A DNA stretch of 64,000 nucleotides from Rhina ancylostomus (taxonomy: Eukaryota): positions 18,833,881 through 18,897,880 of the forward strand of contig JARFYF010000022.1 in the NCBI GenBank assembly GCA_030265395.1, read 5' to 3'. Made by a program: the position numbers and the translations under genes. Positions 60,181 to 64,000 of the stretch are shown here, piece by piece. Each line of letters starts with the position of its first letter. Position 1 is the first letter of the stretch. The notes below the pieces were generated by a model. The model did no database searches. It was not told where the DNA came from and worked only from the letters and a program-made list of their open reading frames with translations.

Positions 60181-60918
60181 CTATTTTAAGGAAAAAATTA
60201 GCCGGTTACTTTGATCTGTACATTAGATCTGCTGGCAGTTATTGTCAGATTATTATTGGAAGAGAATCCTTCAGCCTGCTTCTGAATCAAATTCCTACTT
60301 AAACAGTAAGATTTAATGCATTGAGTTATTTGGTCAAAAAATGCTGATGTCTTTCTCTTTGACTAGATATCTTACAACAGACTTCATTTGATGAGAACAC
60401 AAGCTAGATATTGCTAGACTATTTTGAAGTAATATACATCAACCAAGATAATCAATGAAATGGCCTCTAATCTGCCATGTCTCCAACTTGAACTGCAGAC
60501 TATAGGCTGAAGGTTTCGCTCCTTCATAAAACTACATGATCCAGGTGAAATAGTCTTAGTCTTACTTCAGGAGCAATGAGAAGTGTTTAATTATTAAAGT
60601 ACAAGAATGAAAGATAAAATCCTAATTTAAAAGGGATCTGAGAACAAGTAGTACAATTACATTTAATTCTAAACAAGTTAATTGTTGAAATAACAGCTAC
60701 ATTTAAAAAAATCATTTGGTAAAGGCATCAATCACCACAAAAAAAGTATTTCAAGTTTCCAAATTAGCTTATTATTACTCTCAAAATGAGACAATTCGTA
60801 GATGGTGTGCTAAATTGATTTAGGTTGTTTTAAAAAAAATGTCTTTAATAAATGAGATTTTAAACAAAACTTGGAGACAAGGAATTGAGGGAGAATAGAA
60901 TTCCTTCATTTATTCTCA

Positions 60919-61092
<174 letters not shown>

Positions 61093-61399
61093 TCAAAATT
61101 CTTGCCTTCAACATATACAAATCTGGCAGCTGAGCTGGGATTCCAGGTCAAACAGTTCTTGCAGTCATATTTTCCTTCCAATAACATTCTTGATTTTTTT
61201 TCTTCAGACTGAATTATCTTCCTAAACCACTGCAAAAGGTCCTAGAGCATCAATATCTTTCTCACTACGACTTAATTTTCCTCCTCCCAAATACAGACAC
61301 TTCTGAAATGAAATTCCAAAATGAATTTTTGTGTGACAGCACTATTTCCTAAAGTCCCATCTTTAGAAACTGTTGGAACTTGTCAACAAGTGGTAGCAG

Positions 61400-62135
61400 A
61401 GCACTTGGGAAACAACAACAGAACTGGGCAGCAGTGGCAAGAATTTATGAAAGGGAAATATTGTCTAACAAAAACTTAGTTTTCATTAGTGGAGGAATCT
61501 CAAGAGGATAGAGTTACAAGGGGCTAGTCATTTAAAATGGAGATGTGCAGAACTTTTCACAGAGGTGGTGAATCTCTGGAAATCTCTAACCAAGGAGGGT
61601 TGTGGAAGCTAGATCACTGGATGTATTTTAGTTAGATACGTTTCTGGAAGATCAGGGAATGCAAGGGTTATGGGGAACTGGCACAGAAGAGAAATTGAGG
61701 CCAGCGAGGATCAGCCACGATCATATTGGATGACGAGGCATGCCTAAGGGGACAGGAGGCCTACTTCTGCTCCTATTTTGGTGTTCTTGAGATTGTAACT
61801 CTCAGAATAGATAAGAGGGAACCAGTAGTCTGGTATTTTATAGAAGGCCTTCGACAGGGTGCCACATGAAGTTTTAAATGCAATTAGCGCACATGGAATT
61901 TGAGGAGTGGGGAAGGAAAGAGAGGCACTGCAAGGATTGGTGCTGGGGTCACAATTGTTCACAGGCCACGTCAGCAAGTTGGACAAATGAACCAGTCTGA
62001 CAATTTTAAAAAGCTGGGTGGGTGAGCTGTAAGGAGGACACTGAGGAGATATAGAAGTGTTAAATAAATGGACAAGGGCATGTCACATAGAATGTGGAAA
62101 AATGGCTTCTTCCTGCTTCTATTTGTATGTTCTAT
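61400..62135 (+). mobile_element. Two decayed CR1 fragments
   Basis: cagaggtggtgaatctctggaa...gttgtggaagc (RVVNLWNSL..VVEA) and gaaggccttcgacagggtgccacat (KAFDRVPH). Confidence 0.7.
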
Positions 62136-62172
62136 CTAGTAAAGTCAACTGAAGTGAGAAGATTAAAAATCA

Positions 62173-62382
<210 letters not shown>

Positions 62383-62444
62383 TTAGCTTGTGATGCAATA
62401 AGTGATACAGCAAAATAAATTAATAATCTTATATAAGTGTATCA

Positions 62445-62642
<198 letters not shown>

Positions 62643-62873
62643 TTAATTATCAATGAATTTCATCAACATTAAAAATGGTTTAGTTTGCCAAGGACTTTTG
62701 CATCTTTTCCCCGATAATGTATTTCGCATCAGAATCATTTTTTTCATGGTTAAATGGGCAGACGTCAGAATGTAAAAACTTGAAGAAATGATTACCTTCA
62801 AGAATTTAGTTCACTTTTCTAAAGAAAAGATTTCTGCAATTACAAGTCAAGGCATATGACATTCCTATATTTA

Positions 62874-63116
<243 letters not shown>

Positions 63117-63559
63117 CTAAAAGGAATGTAACAATTTCATTGCCAAAATAGGTATCACTAAGTTCCAGACCATGATGAGAAAGAAAATTATTCTGCATTC
63201 ACATGTAAAGACAAAACATTCAGAAGATTCTCTTGTATCCAGTCCCAAATTTATCCTTGTGACCCATCAGCAAGGAGGCAAATACTATTGTTGAATCATG
63301 CTTTCACAAATTACCTTCCAATCAAATCACACCAACTCTTGCCCATAATAAAATCTTGCTTGAAATTTCAAGTAGTAATGCTTATATTTTGTTTGTTGTT
63401 TTTGTGTTGGATGTTAATCAGTGCTGTTCAATAATCTTGTTTTGAATCTAATAATTGTAAATTTAACTATATTTGGACTTGAAAATGTTTTCAACATTTG
63501 CCAAAGAAATTAAAACGAAAAATTTTTGAAACAGAACATTTTCTACCTACAGAGCAGTT

Positions 63560-63577
63560 AGTAGTAGTAGTAGTAGT
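63560..63577. repeat. (AGT)6 microsatellite
   Basis: Read directly from the sequence. Confidence 0.85.
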
Positions 63578-63855
63578 TGTTTTTAAGGAAGCAAATCACC
63601 TGCAGGAACTTGGACTATTCCAAACCATTCATGTATGCATTGAATGAGGTTTCATATTATGCAAGTACTTATGTAGTCATGATAATTAAGTAGTTAATTC
63701 TAATAACTTAACATTACAAAAGATTCTAAAACACACTCTACAACATTTTACACAACATGCAGCTCATGCAATTGGAATCCCACTTCCACAGAATTTAAGA
63801 TATTTCAATGAAAGCTACATCAATAGATCAAAGTTTTTTTTTAAAAAAAAACTTA

Positions 63856-64000
<145 letters not shown>

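Overview
Eukaryotic genomic DNA, AT-rich, from a draft assembly with many N gaps. The repeat content (HER1-like CR1 LINEs, an HE1/V-SINE, a DeuSINE, Penelope fragments) points to a cartilaginous fish (shark or ray); this is an inference. Positions ~5450-64000 hold one minus-strand gene, CKAP5 (ch-TOG/XMAP215 microtubule polymerase). I traced 42 coding exons by hand. Their splice phases chain into one reading frame of about 1990 codons, ending ...[16 protein letters not shown] at 6210. The N-terminus lies beyond the window end. Exon numbers 3-44 are assigned by analogy with the human gene. The ORF track misses several features: (1) a frame-preserving 24-nt microexon (24871-24894, giving K-IMYRTYR-I); (2) an intronic C/D snoRNA of the SNORD67 type whose guide predicts 2'-O-methylation of U6 C60 (19618-19723); (3) a 74-nt GC-AG intron; (4) a NAGNAG acceptor; (5) a Tigger-like MITE with a locally duplicated right half. 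The introns otherwise contain decayed CR1, L2, RTE, Penelope and SINE copies, and repeat boundaries are approximate. I found no convincing wholly new biological system. The best leads are the microexon and the neighbouring cassette-exon/snoRNA arrangement.
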